A stretch of DNA of 64,000 nt, from positions 3,200,001 to 3,264,000 of the forward strand of contig OY969474.1 in assembly GCA_963700145.1 (NCBI GenBank), written 5' to 3'. The notes beneath the pieces are model-generated. The model had not been told where the DNA came from. It did not search any database and saw only the letters and a list, made by a program, of their open reading frames with translations. This DNA is from an uncultured Acidobacteriota bacterium (GTDB lineage Bacteria > Acidobacteriota > Thermoanaerobaculia > Multivoradales > UBA5704). A program made the position numbers and the translations under genes. This document shows positions 27,242-36,767 of the stretch, in pieces (position 1 is the first letter of the stretch; each line of letters starts with the position of its first letter).

Positions 27242-27729
27242 GCATTTTCGCCTGGCTCCATGAAGTCGCGGCCCTGAGGCCGGCGGCGTGAAGCGAAGCC
27301 TACGCCAGCTGCGCCTTCAGGTGCCCGTGCGCGTCTCCGGCCCCTGCCCTGCGGGCAGTCCGGGCGGCGCCGTGCGGTCCCTGAAAGCCAGATGCAGTCC
27401 TGGTGCGATCACTGCGGCGAAGTCCGGTTCGAGGTCCCGCAGCGAGCCCCCGCGATCCTCCGAAAAAATCGGTGGCATCAGGAGTCGACGGTCACCTTAC
27501 TCTTGCGCCTCGAACTTCCATCGCTGCCGCGTCGGGTTCCCGGCTTGGTTCTCGTCTTGGGCGAATCCGGACCGTCTCAGTCGATCCGAGATTTCTCGGT
27601 ACCTCCCTTGGTCGAAAGGGCGGTGGCGAGGCCGCCGCCGTCCGTGAGCTCGGCCGGGAGGCACGCGCCGAAAACGGACGCCGCCGACCGTCTTCACAGG
27701 AGCTCATCCGACACAAGTGCGCTCGCGCA

Positions 27730-29844
27730 TCAGGTCCGCACCGAGACGTTCCTGAAGGTCGCCGTCGCGGGCAGACGGCTATCGTCAAGTCGCCCAGCGA
27801 GCTCCTTGGATCGGGGCACCCACAGGTTCGCATGCAGCCTCATCGGGAGATGGGGAAGCGGGGTGGGGTCCCAGCCTACGCGCTCGTGAACGACTCTGCC
27901 GTCTACGAACCAAGTAATGCAGCCGGGTCGCCATTCGGTGGCGTAGCAGTGGAAGTCGCGAGTGGCATCAAAGCCGAGGTCGATGTGGCAAGGGGAGCCC
28001 CGATAGCCAAAAGCCATCGTCGTCCCCTCGTCGCCTGGATTGAAGTACACATTCACCAGCATGCGAGTTGGGTCGCCGCCGGCGAGTTCAACGTCGATTT
28101 CCTGGCGTGGCGCATCTCGATGGAGGAAGAAGCCGGTGACTAGGCCGGCACCGGCAGCCGCCTGAATTTCCGCTTCGAAACGTCCGTACATGAACGAGCG
28201 GACGGAGGCGAACGCCCCGGAACGATAGGGCCTGCTTCCGAGCCCCGCCTTGGTGACAACGAGGCGCGCACCCTTTTCATCGTGCACAAGACCTTCCTTG
28301 GCGAAGGTCGCCAGATTGCCCGGGAAGGTTTCAACGAGCGGACGGAAGCAACTCGATGCCTGCCCCATCGGTGCGTGGATCAGGCGGCGTCCTGCAGACG
28401 GAGTCCTCCGCGCAGTCGGGATCGCCGGCTGCCAGCCGCTCCTAGGCGGCAAGACCCATGGCGAGTCGTCCATAGGGGGGACATTCCGGTGGAACAGAGT
28501 GGCGACGGCGCGCGGTGGAGCGTCGCGACGATCGTCTCGGAAAACCCGGAGGTCTGGCGCCGCTCCGCTAGGGAACGGCTGCGCAGGCTCCTCGAGGCGC
28601 AGGAAGGAGCAGAGAGGCTTCCAACGCTCTTGATCTCGCAGGTCGGCCGGAAGAATCAAGGTCCTATCGGAGGGGAACTGATCTCGCAATCTTGACGTTG
28701 AACGTGCCCCCTCCTCGATCAGGAACTTAGACTCACTCGTCGCAAGAGTTGCGGCCAGCGCGTTTGGGCTTAGCCGTGGATTGACGAGAGCGTCGAAGGT
28801 TTCAAAGGCAGTTGAGAGGGCCTCAACCTGAACCTCACCCTCGTCGTCATCGAAAGCTCGAACGCGGAGCCCAATCATCGACAAGGCCATGGAGAGGCTT
28901 TCCTGCTCGCCAGGTGTGGTCCACGCGAGCACGTGCCCGCCCTGCGGCCGATCGGATGGCGCTGGCTTCGAGCCCGCATCAGTGGTTCCAGCGCGCGCGA
29001 GGTAGGGCATGATTGAGTAGGAATTGTCAGAGCCGGCGTCCCGCCGCTGCAGGATCACCGGGGAAGAGAGCGCAAGCGCGCCGAGCGCCTCGAAGCGGTA
29101 ATTCATCCACAGGTCTACGGGACCAACTACGGGCATTGCCCGCAACAGTGCGGCCGCACCCTCCCGCGACAAAACATAGCCCGAGAGGAACCAGAGACCA
29201 CGGACCGGTCGGAACAGTCCGTCGGCCAAATCGGCGCGCTCCGCCGTGCCGCCAGCGTCTAAGTAAGAGAGGTAGAGAAGCGTCGGTCCGTCTCCAGGAC
29301 CGCAGTGCTTGAGCGCGGCGGCCCAGCCGCGGTCGATAGCAGCCGCTGCGCCAGGCCTGAACCAGACATCATCCTCAAGCACGAGCACGTAGTCCTCCGA
29401 GCCCGTCGCGACCGTTTTCCACACCTCAACGTGCGATCTCGCGACGGCCACCTCCTGCCGCGTCATCCTGACGGGCTCCTCGGCGCCAAAGCACGCAGCT
29501 AGCCTGGCGTCAGGCTGCACATGCAGCTGGTCCCCGACGCGATACACCGTGTCCACATCGGCGGTGGCCGCCACCGCTCGGCCATCGCGAGCATCCACCG
29601 CCGACAGCCTCCGTGTGATCGACGGCAGGGGCGCACCGTCGCAGGTTCTAAAGCGGCCAAGTTCGCGGCAAGTCCTTCGCCATCGCCGCGGCTGACGGTC
29701 AAGATTCACAACGACTATCGCTCCGATCCTGCATTTGCCCGCCCCGAACGCCGAGATCCGGCCTCCTGGAAGCAGGCCCGACACCGCTCGCGTGATCCGA
29801 AATCCAAGCCCCCGCAAGGGCCCGGAGGTCTTCGCGAGATTCAT
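27730..29844 (-). CDS. GT25-like glycosyltransferase fused to GH16 glycoside hydrolase
   Basis: VVNLDRQPRRW...SHVEVW...LVLEDD (GT25); YGRFEAEI...GLVTGFF...QEIDVEL...FHCY..EW (GH16 EIDxE). Confidence 0.85.
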   Translation of the reverse strand: MNLAKTSGPLRGLGFRITRAVSGLLPGGRISAFGAGKCRIGAIVVVNLDRQPRRWRRTCRELGRFRTCDGAPLPSITRRLSAVDARDGRAVAATADVDTVYRVGDQLHVQPDARLAACFGAEEPVRMTRQEVAVARSHVEVWKTVATGSEDYVLVLEDDVWFRPGAAAAIDRGWAAALKHCGPGDGPTLLYLSYLDAGGTAERADLADGLFRPVRGLWFLSGYVLSREGAAALLRAMPVVGPVDLWMNYRFEALGALALSSPVILQRRDAGSDNSYSIMPYLARAGTTDAGSKPAPSDRPQGGHVLAWTTPGEQESLSMALSMIGLRVRAFDDDEGEVQVEALSTAFETFDALVNPRLSPNALAATLATSESKFLIEEGARSTSRLRDQFPSDRTLILPADLRDQERWKPLCSFLRLEEPAQPFPSGAAPDLRVFRDDRRDAPPRAVATLFHRNVPPMDDSPWVLPPRSGWQPAIPTARRTPSAGRRLIHAPMGQASSCFRPLVETFPGNLATFAKEGLVHDEKGARLVVTKAGLGSRPYRSGAFASVRSFMYGRFEAEIQAAAGAGLVTGFFLHRDAPRQEIDVELAGGDPTRMLVNVYFNPGDEGTTMAFGYRGSPCHIDLGFDATRDFHCYATEWRPGCITWFVDGRVVHERVGWDPTPLPHLPMRLHANLWVPRSKELAGRLDDSRLPATATFRNVSVRT

Positions 29845-29863
29845 CGCGACGTGCGACCCTGCT

Positions 29864-30712
29864 TCATGACTCGGGGGCGTCCATGTTGCGCCAGTTACGA
29901 TGGTCACCCCGATACGAGAGGTCCCAGCGCGTCTCCGCGATAGCTTCCCAGTCCTCCAGTAGTTCGAAGTCGAAAGGCGCGCCCGCGAGAATGAGATCGC
30001 GGGCGTGCGCAACCAAGGCTGCCGTCAGGTTTCCCGGACCAGTCGTCGCTTGGATTTCAGGACGCGGATCATTGCCCAACAGCTTCCGGGTCGCACGCGT
30101 TAGGGCGCGGCGCAGGACGGGATGGCCGGCTGGTGCCGCGATTGGGTCGTTGTTCACGTAGAAGATGCGCGCCTCGGTAGGCAGATCGCGTCGCCAGATC
30201 TCAGCGACGGGGACCATCCGACCGGCTGGGATGTCGTAGCACAGCGGCTGCAGCTTCAGCTCGCCATTCCGGAAGATGGTCTTCCAGCCGTCCCCCAACA
30301 GCACGTCGTCCGCATCGACGTAAAATCCTCCTTCCGCAAAGAGGAAGCACAGTCTCAGGTAGTCGCTGCGCATCGCCGGATGCCGACAGCGGGCAAATGC
30401 GGCGCGCGTCCGCGCGTCGTATCGCATCGCAATGTAGGCGGCTGCCGACGCCTCGCTGAACGTTCGGAGTTCGAAGCCCGCTTCCGCCAGTCGGTCCCAG
30501 CTGGCGAGGCAAGTTCCCACGTCGTCAGGCAGATCATCCGGGTCGTTCCAATACCGGATGAGCGTTTTGGGGACAACGGGAGATCGGCTCGGGTGGTCGG
30601 CGTCAGGGGTCGTGGAGCGCTCCGCTTGTTGCAGTGTAATCGCCCGCATGAAGGTCGATCTGAGCAGATCATCCTCCTCGAACCCAGGTGAAAAGGTCTC
30701 CATGCTCAGCAT
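29864..30712 (-). CDS. GT32-like (DXD) glycosyltransferase
   Basis: VPKTLIRYW, MRSDYLRL..L..EGGFYVDAD, TTGPG. Confidence 0.88.
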   Translation of the reverse strand: MLSMETFSPGFEEDDLLRSTFMRAITLQQAERSTTPDADHPSRSPVVPKTLIRYWNDPDDLPDDVGTCLASWDRLAEAGFELRTFSEASAAAYIAMRYDARTRAAFARCRHPAMRSDYLRLCFLFAEGGFYVDADDVLLGDGWKTIFRNGELKLQPLCYDIPAGRMVPVAEIWRRDLPTEARIFYVNNDPIAAPAGHPVLRRALTRATRKLLGNDPRPEIQATTGPGNLTAALVAHARDLILAGAPFDFELLEDWEAIAETRWDLSYRGDHRNWRNMDAPES

Positions 30713-32340
30713 GTCACGCGCTTGCCGGCCGGAAGCACTGATGTGTGCCGATAGCGTTGATACGGCTTGGAGGCTCTCCTGAGATAAGCGCGCCCTTCGA
30801 CGACAAAGCCGTCCAGGGCACGCTCTGACGCGTAGGCAGCGAGATCGCCTATATTGTTGATGAAGCCCCTCCCATTGAAGTTAAGAGAGGTGTTGCACAG
30901 CACGCCGTAGCCTGTGCGCGCTCTGAATGCGACAAGCAGGTCGTGCAGTCGTCGGTTGCTTGCTGGGGTGACCGTCTGGATGCGGGCGGTGCCGTTCACA
31001 TGCGTAACCGCTGCGAGCGCATCCGTCGTCGCCCGGTACGTGAAGAGCATGTAAGGGCTTGCATGATCACAGTCGAACCACTTGCCGGCCTCATCCAGCA
31101 GGCAGACCGGCGCGATGGGACGGAACTGTTCGCGTTGCTTGATCTCGTTCAGGCGTACTCGGCTGCTATCGTTGAACGGCGCTGCGAGGATGGACCTGTT
31201 GCCAAGCGCCCGCGGACCAATCTCATAGCGGCCATTCGCCCATCCTAAAATGGGTTCGTTCGCCAGGAGATCGGCGATTCGCTCATCGTCCGCTTCGTGG
31301 ATCTCGTACAGACCGGGATCGACCGCCCCCTCGGCCTGAAGCGGCAGGCCGGAGTAAACGTCCCACTCGATCGTCGGGTCCCCAGTGAAACGGAGCTGGG
31401 CGTCAATCGCCGTACCGATGGCGGATCCCGAGTCGTTGGCCACAGGTGGCACAAAGACTTCGGAAAAGTAGCCCGTCTCTCTCCACCGACTGTTCCAGTC
31501 GCAGTTGAGGCCACATCCACCGGCGATGACCAGAGGGCGCCCTGGCCTCAGATTCTTTTGAGCGAACCGGTAGAAGATGTCGAAAATCGCATCACTGTAG
31601 ATTCCCACGAAGTTTCGGAACTCCGGATCTTCAACGCCGACGTCCAAGTGTGGCGCGCGCTCGAGATCCTCGTAGGCGCTCAGCTCCCGATATGGCCCTT
31701 CCAGGAGGAATGTGAGCAGCTTTTTTTCCCGGGGGGACGGTGCGCTTCTGGTCGAGAATGACGCCAGCGCCATCAGCTTCCCCGCATCCGAGAGGCGCGG
31801 ATACAAGCCGGTCTTGGGGAAGGTCGGGTCAGCCAGTCCGTACAGCAGGGCGAAGCGGTTGCCCGGTTGGTTCAGGACGTCGGCGATGAGCTTGACGTTA
31901 AGCTCCGCATCGATTTCGTAGAAGGCGCCGATCGCACCTTCCCAGACCAACGCATAGCATGGCGCACCCTTGGGCAGACGGGACATGCCGAAAGCGCACA
32001 GAACGTGCGATCGCTCATGTGATGACGAGAAGTAATCGACCTCTTCCCCCAGGAAGCGCTTCTTCCCGACGACGATGTCGCAATCCGAGATTCCACGGTA
32101 ACCTGCATTCTTGCTCGATGCGTGCACATATTCATGGTGATCTCGCGGCCACCACCCCCCCATGCAGACGACATCTGGAGGATCGCGCATCTCGCCGATC
32201 GCATTCAGGATATCTGGGCTAGAGATTGGTGAATAACGATAGTTAGAGTCCTTCTCGGCTTCGATCGACATCACGAGTCGACCGTCTTCAAGAAGGGCGA
32301 CAGCCCCATCGTGGCCCGGATTATACGAGAGGATCCTCAC
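30706..32340 (-). CDS. NodU/CmcH family carbamoyltransferase
   Basis: GHDGAVA, HERSH, GKLMALA, AGGCGLN, NDSGSAIG, EIGPRALGNRS, REQFRP, LCNTSLN. Confidence 0.95.
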   Translation of the reverse strand: MRILSYNPGHDGAVALLEDGRLVMSIEAEKDSNYRYSPISSPDILNAIGEMRDPPDVVCMGGWWPRDHHEYVHASSKNAGYRGISDCDIVVGKKRFLGEEVDYFSSSHERSHVLCAFGMSRLPKGAPCYALVWEGAIGAFYEIDAELNVKLIADVLNQPGNRFALLYGLADPTFPKTGLYPRLSDAGKLMALASFSTRSAPSPREKKLLTFLLEGPYRELSAYEDLERAPHLDVGVEDPEFRNFVGIYSDAIFDIFYRFAQKNLRPGRPLVIAGGCGLNCDWNSRWRETGYFSEVFVPPVANDSGSAIGTAIDAQLRFTGDPTIEWDVYSGLPLQAEGAVDPGLYEIHEADDERIADLLANEPILGWANGRYEIGPRALGNRSILAAPFNDSSRVRLNEIKQREQFRPIAPVCLLDEAGKWFDCDHASPYMLFTYRATTDALAAVTHVNGTARIQTVTPASNRRLHDLLVAFRARTGYGVLCNTSLNFNGRGFINNIGDLAAYASERALDGFVVEGRAYLRRASKPYQRYRHTSVLPAGKRVTC

Positions 32341-32761
32341 GGGGTGCCTTTTCCACTTGAGCTTTCCGAGCCCTACGCGTCACGCATGATATCCTGCACA
32401 GTCAAGGTTGCATCATCGGGCCAGATACCTGCGGGAATCCCACGCGATAGCCCATCGCCTGCCACGCCGATGAGTGGCTAGGTCATCGCGAGAGAACAGC
32501 GACTATGCACTTCTCCGGAATTCAGCTGCCTCAGCTTTGCGCCATGAGGCACCGTCGTGAAGCGGACATTCTAGGGCTCGGCTCCGGCACGACGAGACAC
32601 CCGCCAAAGTTGATGGTCGGACGAGTTGGGCGCTTCTTTCGCCAGAAGACCGATGGCTGGATGCACTGAGCCCTGCCCAACTAGACGCGAACGGGCGTCG
32701 CCTTAGCGTGCAGACGGATGATTGATGCTCTGCAAACATCGCGGACGGCCACGTTCTTCGA

Positions 32762-33272
32762 GGGATAGGGAGTTGCCTTTCAGCGTACCCAGCCTACGAC
32801 GGCCCTGGGCGCTCGGGAGTGCGCTGGGAGGCGCAGGATGCGGCGGCAGGCGGGGGTGGCCACGATGCAGTTGGGGGTTGGGGGGATGGGGATAGCCGGG
32901 GTGCCGTCAGGGATGGCGAGGGGGCGAGACGGGTGCGGCGGCAGGGGTTCGAGGCGGACCTCTGCGGTAGCCGGCGAGGAACGGCGGGCTGTGGGAGGCA
33001 CCTCAGGAGGCAGCGCGGGGTGGGAGCGGAGATCTGCTCGGACGGGGCTCGCGAGGGGCGCCTGCCTTGGCCCTCGATGCGGCCAGGATCTGGCGGATGG
33101 ATGCGGGCTCTTGGATGAACGCGACGACCCGCATCGGCGAGCCGCAGTGGCGACAGGTCGGCGGGCCGGCCTCGTAGACGGGGCGCAGCAACTGCGCCCA
33201 GGCCGGCACTGGCGGCGGCGTTGCGCCGTGTCGTCCGTCTTGGCCGCTCGACGTCGGCGGTGGCACCGGCAC
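32762..33272 (-). mobile_element. IS91/ISCR-like transposase C-terminal remnant with oriIS-like end
   Basis: WAQLLRPVYEAGPPTCRHCGSPMRVVAFIQEPASIRQIL; downstream minus-strand GCAACTCCCTATCC resembles IS91/ISCR ori ends. Confidence 0.6.
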
Positions 33273-33744
33273 GCTGGTCTGAGCTGCTCATCGCCGCCGA
33301 CGCTCACTGTCGGGTCATCGTCGTGGATCGCGAAGTCGCCACGCTCGCGAGCGCGCGGCGGCGTGTGGGCCGCCGGGGCTGGCTCGTCGTCGCCAGCGCC
33401 GGAGAGCTACCGCTGCGCCGGGAGTCCGTCGACCGCGCGCTGCCAAGTCTCGTCTTCCACCGCCTGCCGCCTGTCGTCAAGCGCGCCGCTCTCGCCGAGA
33501 TCCGCACTGCGCGTCGGCCCAGCACTGGTTCTGCCTGCTCGACTTCGACCGGCCTCGCGATCCGCTCTCGTGGGTCATCGGGCTGGCGGTTCGCTCCTTC
33601 GACGGCTGGGCGAACACGCGTGACGACTTCGCCGGCAGGCTGCCGGCCCTCATCGAGAGAGCAAGATTGGACACACCCGTAGAGCTGGCTCGCGAGTGGG
33701 CGGTCGTCGGTCCCCCCGTCTACAGTCCGGCACGCCGGGCGTGA
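33243..33744 (+). pseudogene. Degraded class I SAM methyltransferase
   Basis: LDVGGGTGTLV*, then SAGELPL..ESVDR..SLVFHRLP...AALAEIR and LLDFDRP in shifting frames. Confidence 0.6.
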
Positions 33745-33831
33745 CGCGGGGCGGCTTCGAAAGTGCCCAAGGTCCGTCGCGGCGGTCGACAGCCGCTATC
33801 CCCCTAAATCTAATGGGGTCCACGGATTGGC

Positions 33832-33907
33832 TGGTAGCGCATACGGGATTCGAACCCGTGTTACCGCCGTGAGAGGGCGGCGTCCTGGACCCCTAGACGA
33901 ATGCGCC
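33832..33907 (-). tRNA. tRNA-Glu(CTC)
   Basis: GGCGCATTCGTCTAGGGGTCCAGGACGCCGCCCTCTCACGGCGGTAACACGGGTTCGAATCCCGTATGCGCTACCA folds as a cloverleaf. Confidence 0.97.
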
Positions 33908-34020
33908 ACGTGTCCCGGTCGGGACGGCCGGTAGGCTAGCACAGGGCTCCAACAGCGGACAACCCGGAGGCCATTCCAAACGGGCTCGCGGGCGGGCGTG
34001 CTGGTGTACCGTTTCGAGCT

Positions 34021-34458
34021 ATGAGCTACGACCGTTTCCCTTCTCTCCTCGGCGCCGTCGTCCTGTCGCTCCTGGTGGGCTGCCAGCCGGCGCCGCCGAC
34101 CCCGGAGCCGCCGCCCTCGCCGGAGCCGCCGACCCCGGAGCCACAGGCCTGCACCATGATCGGCTGCTCCGACGGGCTCAACGTCGTGGTGGAGAACGCT
34201 CCCGCTCCTCCTTACACCGTCGAGGTAATCCTCCCGAATGGCACCCGCCGCACCTCCCGCTGCGAGGCCGTGCCCGGCTGCGACGCGGGTCTCTTCGTCG
34301 AGGGCATCACGGCCGAAGAGGTGACGGTTCGCGTCACCGCCGGCGCGGGGAGCAGCTCGCAGGTCGTCCGGCCACGCTACGAGACAGCGCAGCCGAACGG
34401 ACCGGGCTGCCCGCCCGTCTGCAAGCAGGCGCGCGTGCAGGTACGCTACGCGCCGTGA
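34021..34458 (+). CDS. Lipoprotein
   Basis: Lipobox LVGC, Pro-rich linker, CTMIGC...PNGPGCPPVC. Confidence 0.8.
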   Translation: MSYDRFPSLLGAVVLSLLVGCQPAPPTPEPPPSPEPPTPEPQACTMIGCSDGLNVVVENAPAPPYTVEVILPNGTRRTSRCEAVPGCDAGLFVEGITAEEVTVRVTAGAGSSSQVVRPRYETAQPNGPGCPPVCKQARVQVRYAP

Positions 34459-34485
34459 CCCCTTAGAGGGGCCCTTCGGAACCGC

Positions 34486-36075
34486 TTGAGCCTCCGCCTC
34501 ATCGCCGACGGCGATCGCACCTTCGTCCTACCGGGCGGGCGCGCCTATACCGTCGGACGCTCGGAGCATTGCGACCTGCCGGTGCGCGAGCCCACCGTCT
34601 CGCGCCGCCACGCCGAGCTCGAGCCGGACGGCGCCACCCTGCGGGTGCGCGACCTCGGCTCGACGAACGGCACCTTCCTGAACGGCAAGCGGGTGGCCGA
34701 AGCGGTCGCCCGCGCCGGCGACACCCTCGCCTTCGGCAAGCTCGCCTTCGCGCTCGAGGAGCTGCCGAGCGAGCCGGCGGCCGGCGTCGAGGAGCTCCTC
34801 GACGCCACGATCCTGCGCCAGGTGCCGGTGCGCGCCCCGGGCGAGCCGGCCGCGCCCGGCAGCGGCACGATGGGCGGCCTCGGCACGGTCAACGCCTCGG
34901 TCCTCCGCCGCGCCGGCTCGGACGCGGAGCGCCAGGCGCTGCAGCTCGCCCTCCTCCTCGACATCGCCCAGACGCTGTCGCGCCAGGCCGAGCTCGACCG
35001 CCTGCTCGAGAAGGTGGCCGACGTCGCCTTCGAGGTGATGAGCGCCGACCGGGTGGGGGTCTTGACCGGCGCCTCGGGCGAGGCGCTGGTGCCGCGCATC
35101 TGGCGCACCCGCGGCGAGGAGATGAAGGCGCCGGCGTCGGTGCCGCGGGCGGTGGCGCGCAAGGCGATGGAGGAGCGGCTGGCGCTGCTCATCGAGAACG
35201 CCCCCGACGACAGCCGCTTCGGCGAGGGCACGATGCACTCGCACGGCGTGCAGAGCGCCATGTGCGCGCCGCTCTTGGGCTCGCGCGGCTGCCTGGGGAT
35301 CGTCTACCTCGACAACCTCTCGCTCATCCACTCCTTCGACGCCGGCGACCTCGACTTCCTCTCGGCCTTCGCCGGCATCGTCGCGGTGGCGATCGAGAAC
35401 AGCGAGCTGGTCGAGCAGGTGCGGCGCGAGGCGGTGGTGCTGTCGAACTTCCAGCGCTACTTCGCGCCCGACCTGGCGGCCGAGATCGCCGGCCACGCCG
35501 AACGGGTGCAGCTCGGCGGCACGAGGACGCGCGTCGCCGTCCTCTTCTCCGACATCCGCGGCTTCACCGCGCTCTCCGAGGGGCTGGCGCCGGAGGAGAC
35601 GGCGGGCCTCCTCAATGACTACTTCACCGAGATGGTGGAGATCGTCTTCCAGCACGGCGGCACGCTCGACAAGTTCATCGGCGACGCGCTGATGGCGCTG
35701 TGGGGCGCGCCGCTCGCCCGCCCCGACGACGCCGACCGCGCGGTCGAGGCGGCGGTGGCGATGCAGCGCGGCCTGGCGCGGCTCAACGAAGCCTGGGCGG
35801 CGCGCGGGCGGCCGCGGCTGGAGGTGGGGATCGGCCTCTCGGCCGGCGAGGTCTTCGCCGGCAACGTCGGCAGCGAGCGGCGGCTGGAGTACACGGTCCT
35901 CGGCGACGCGGTGAACACCGCCTCCCACCTCTGCGCCGAAGCGCAGGGCGGCGAGATCCTGATCGCCGAGCCCCTCCGCGCCGCCCTCGCCGCCCCGCCG
36001 CCGCTCGCGCCCGTCGCGGCGATGCAGCTCAAGGGGAAGGCGCAGGTGGTGGCGGTGTACCGGGTGGCGTGGTGA
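34486..36075 (+). CDS. FHA-GAF-class III adenylate/guanylate cyclase
   Basis: VGRS..VSRRHA..DLGSTNGT; GAF; LFSDIRGFT, DKFIGDALMA, YTVLGDAVNTAS. Confidence 0.95.
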   Translation: MSLRLIADGDRTFVLPGGRAYTVGRSEHCDLPVREPTVSRRHAELEPDGATLRVRDLGSTNGTFLNGKRVAEAVARAGDTLAFGKLAFALEELPSEPAAGVEELLDATILRQVPVRAPGEPAAPGSGTMGGLGTVNASVLRRAGSDAERQALQLALLLDIAQTLSRQAELDRLLEKVADVAFEVMSADRVGVLTGASGEALVPRIWRTRGEEMKAPASVPRAVARKAMEERLALLIENAPDDSRFGEGTMHSHGVQSAMCAPLLGSRGCLGIVYLDNLSLIHSFDAGDLDFLSAFAGIVAVAIENSELVEQVRREAVVLSNFQRYFAPDLAAEIAGHAERVQLGGTRTRVAVLFSDIRGFTALSEGLAPEETAGLLNDYFTEMVEIVFQHGGTLDKFIGDALMALWGAPLARPDDADRAVEAAVAMQRGLARLNEAWAARGRPRLEVGIGLSAGEVFAGNVGSERRLEYTVLGDAVNTASHLCAEAQGGEILIAEPLRAALAAPPPLAPVAAMQLKGKAQVVAVYRVAW

Positions 36076-36078
36076 ACC

Positions 36079-36483
36079 TCAGGTGAGCAGCTCGTAGCGG
36101 ACGCCGACCGCCTCGTAGGCCTGGAGGGCGCGGCGGTCGCGAGTGAGCAGCGTGGCACCTGCTTGCTTAGCGGTCGCGGCCACCAGGGCATCGTAGATCG
36201 CTCCCCCCGCCAGCCCCGCGCTGACGGCGAGACGCACCAGGTCCCGCTGCTGGTCTCCGAGCAGCGTCAAGGGAGTGGCCGGGAAGCGGGCGGCGAGGAA
36301 TCGCTCGACGACGTCGGCCGGGGCGCGGTGCGGCGGAGGCAGCCTCGTCAGGACGGAAAAACTCTCGATCACCACGTGGGCGGGGATGCGGGGCCGGCGC
36401 GCGAGCGCCGCGATCGCGCCAGCGTGTCCCTCGTGCCAGACGGCAAATGCCGCCACGACGACGCTGGTGTCGAGCGCGATCAA
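36079..36483 (-). CDS. vapC: VapC PIN toxin
   Basis: ALDTSVVVA...E...YDALVAATA...LLTRD. Confidence 0.9.
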   Translation of the reverse strand: MIALDTSVVVAAFAVWHEGHAGAIAALARRPRIPAHVVIESFSVLTRLPPPHRAPADVVERFLAARFPATPLTLLGDQQRDLVRLAVSAGLAGGAIYDALVAATAKQAGATLLTRDRRALQAYEAVGVRYELLT

Positions 36484-36725
36484 CGCCGCGAGCGTTCGAG
36501 CGTGGCGCGGACGACATCGTCGGTCAGGGGCGGCAAGCGCCGCTCCGGCACTGCCGCCAGTCCGCCTTTTGTCTTGGCGAGCGTCATCGGCGTCGCCGCC
36601 GGCTCGAGCTCGATCCGGCCTTCCCGCTCGCGCAGCTCCAGAACCTCGCCGCCGTTGAGGCCGAGACGCTCACGCAGAGACTTGGGGATCACGACCCGAC
36701 CGGCGGCGTCCATGGTCGTCTTCAT
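36480..36725 (-). CDS. vapB: AbrB/MazE-type antitoxin
   Basis: MDAAGRVVIPKSLRERLGL; upstream IR ATGGTA-N6-TACCAT. Confidence 0.9.
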   Translation of the reverse strand: MKTTMDAAGRVVIPKSLRERLGLNGGEVLELREREGRIELEPAATPMTLAKTKGGLAAVPERRLPPLTDDVVRATLERSRR

Positions 36726-36767
36726 GGTAGAACCATACCATTGGTCCGCCCATCGGGCGGCCGCAGG

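Noticed and set aside
34081-34143. Short repeat CCGCCGACCCCGGAGCC
   Set aside because: Encodes an ordinary Pro-rich lipoprotein linker
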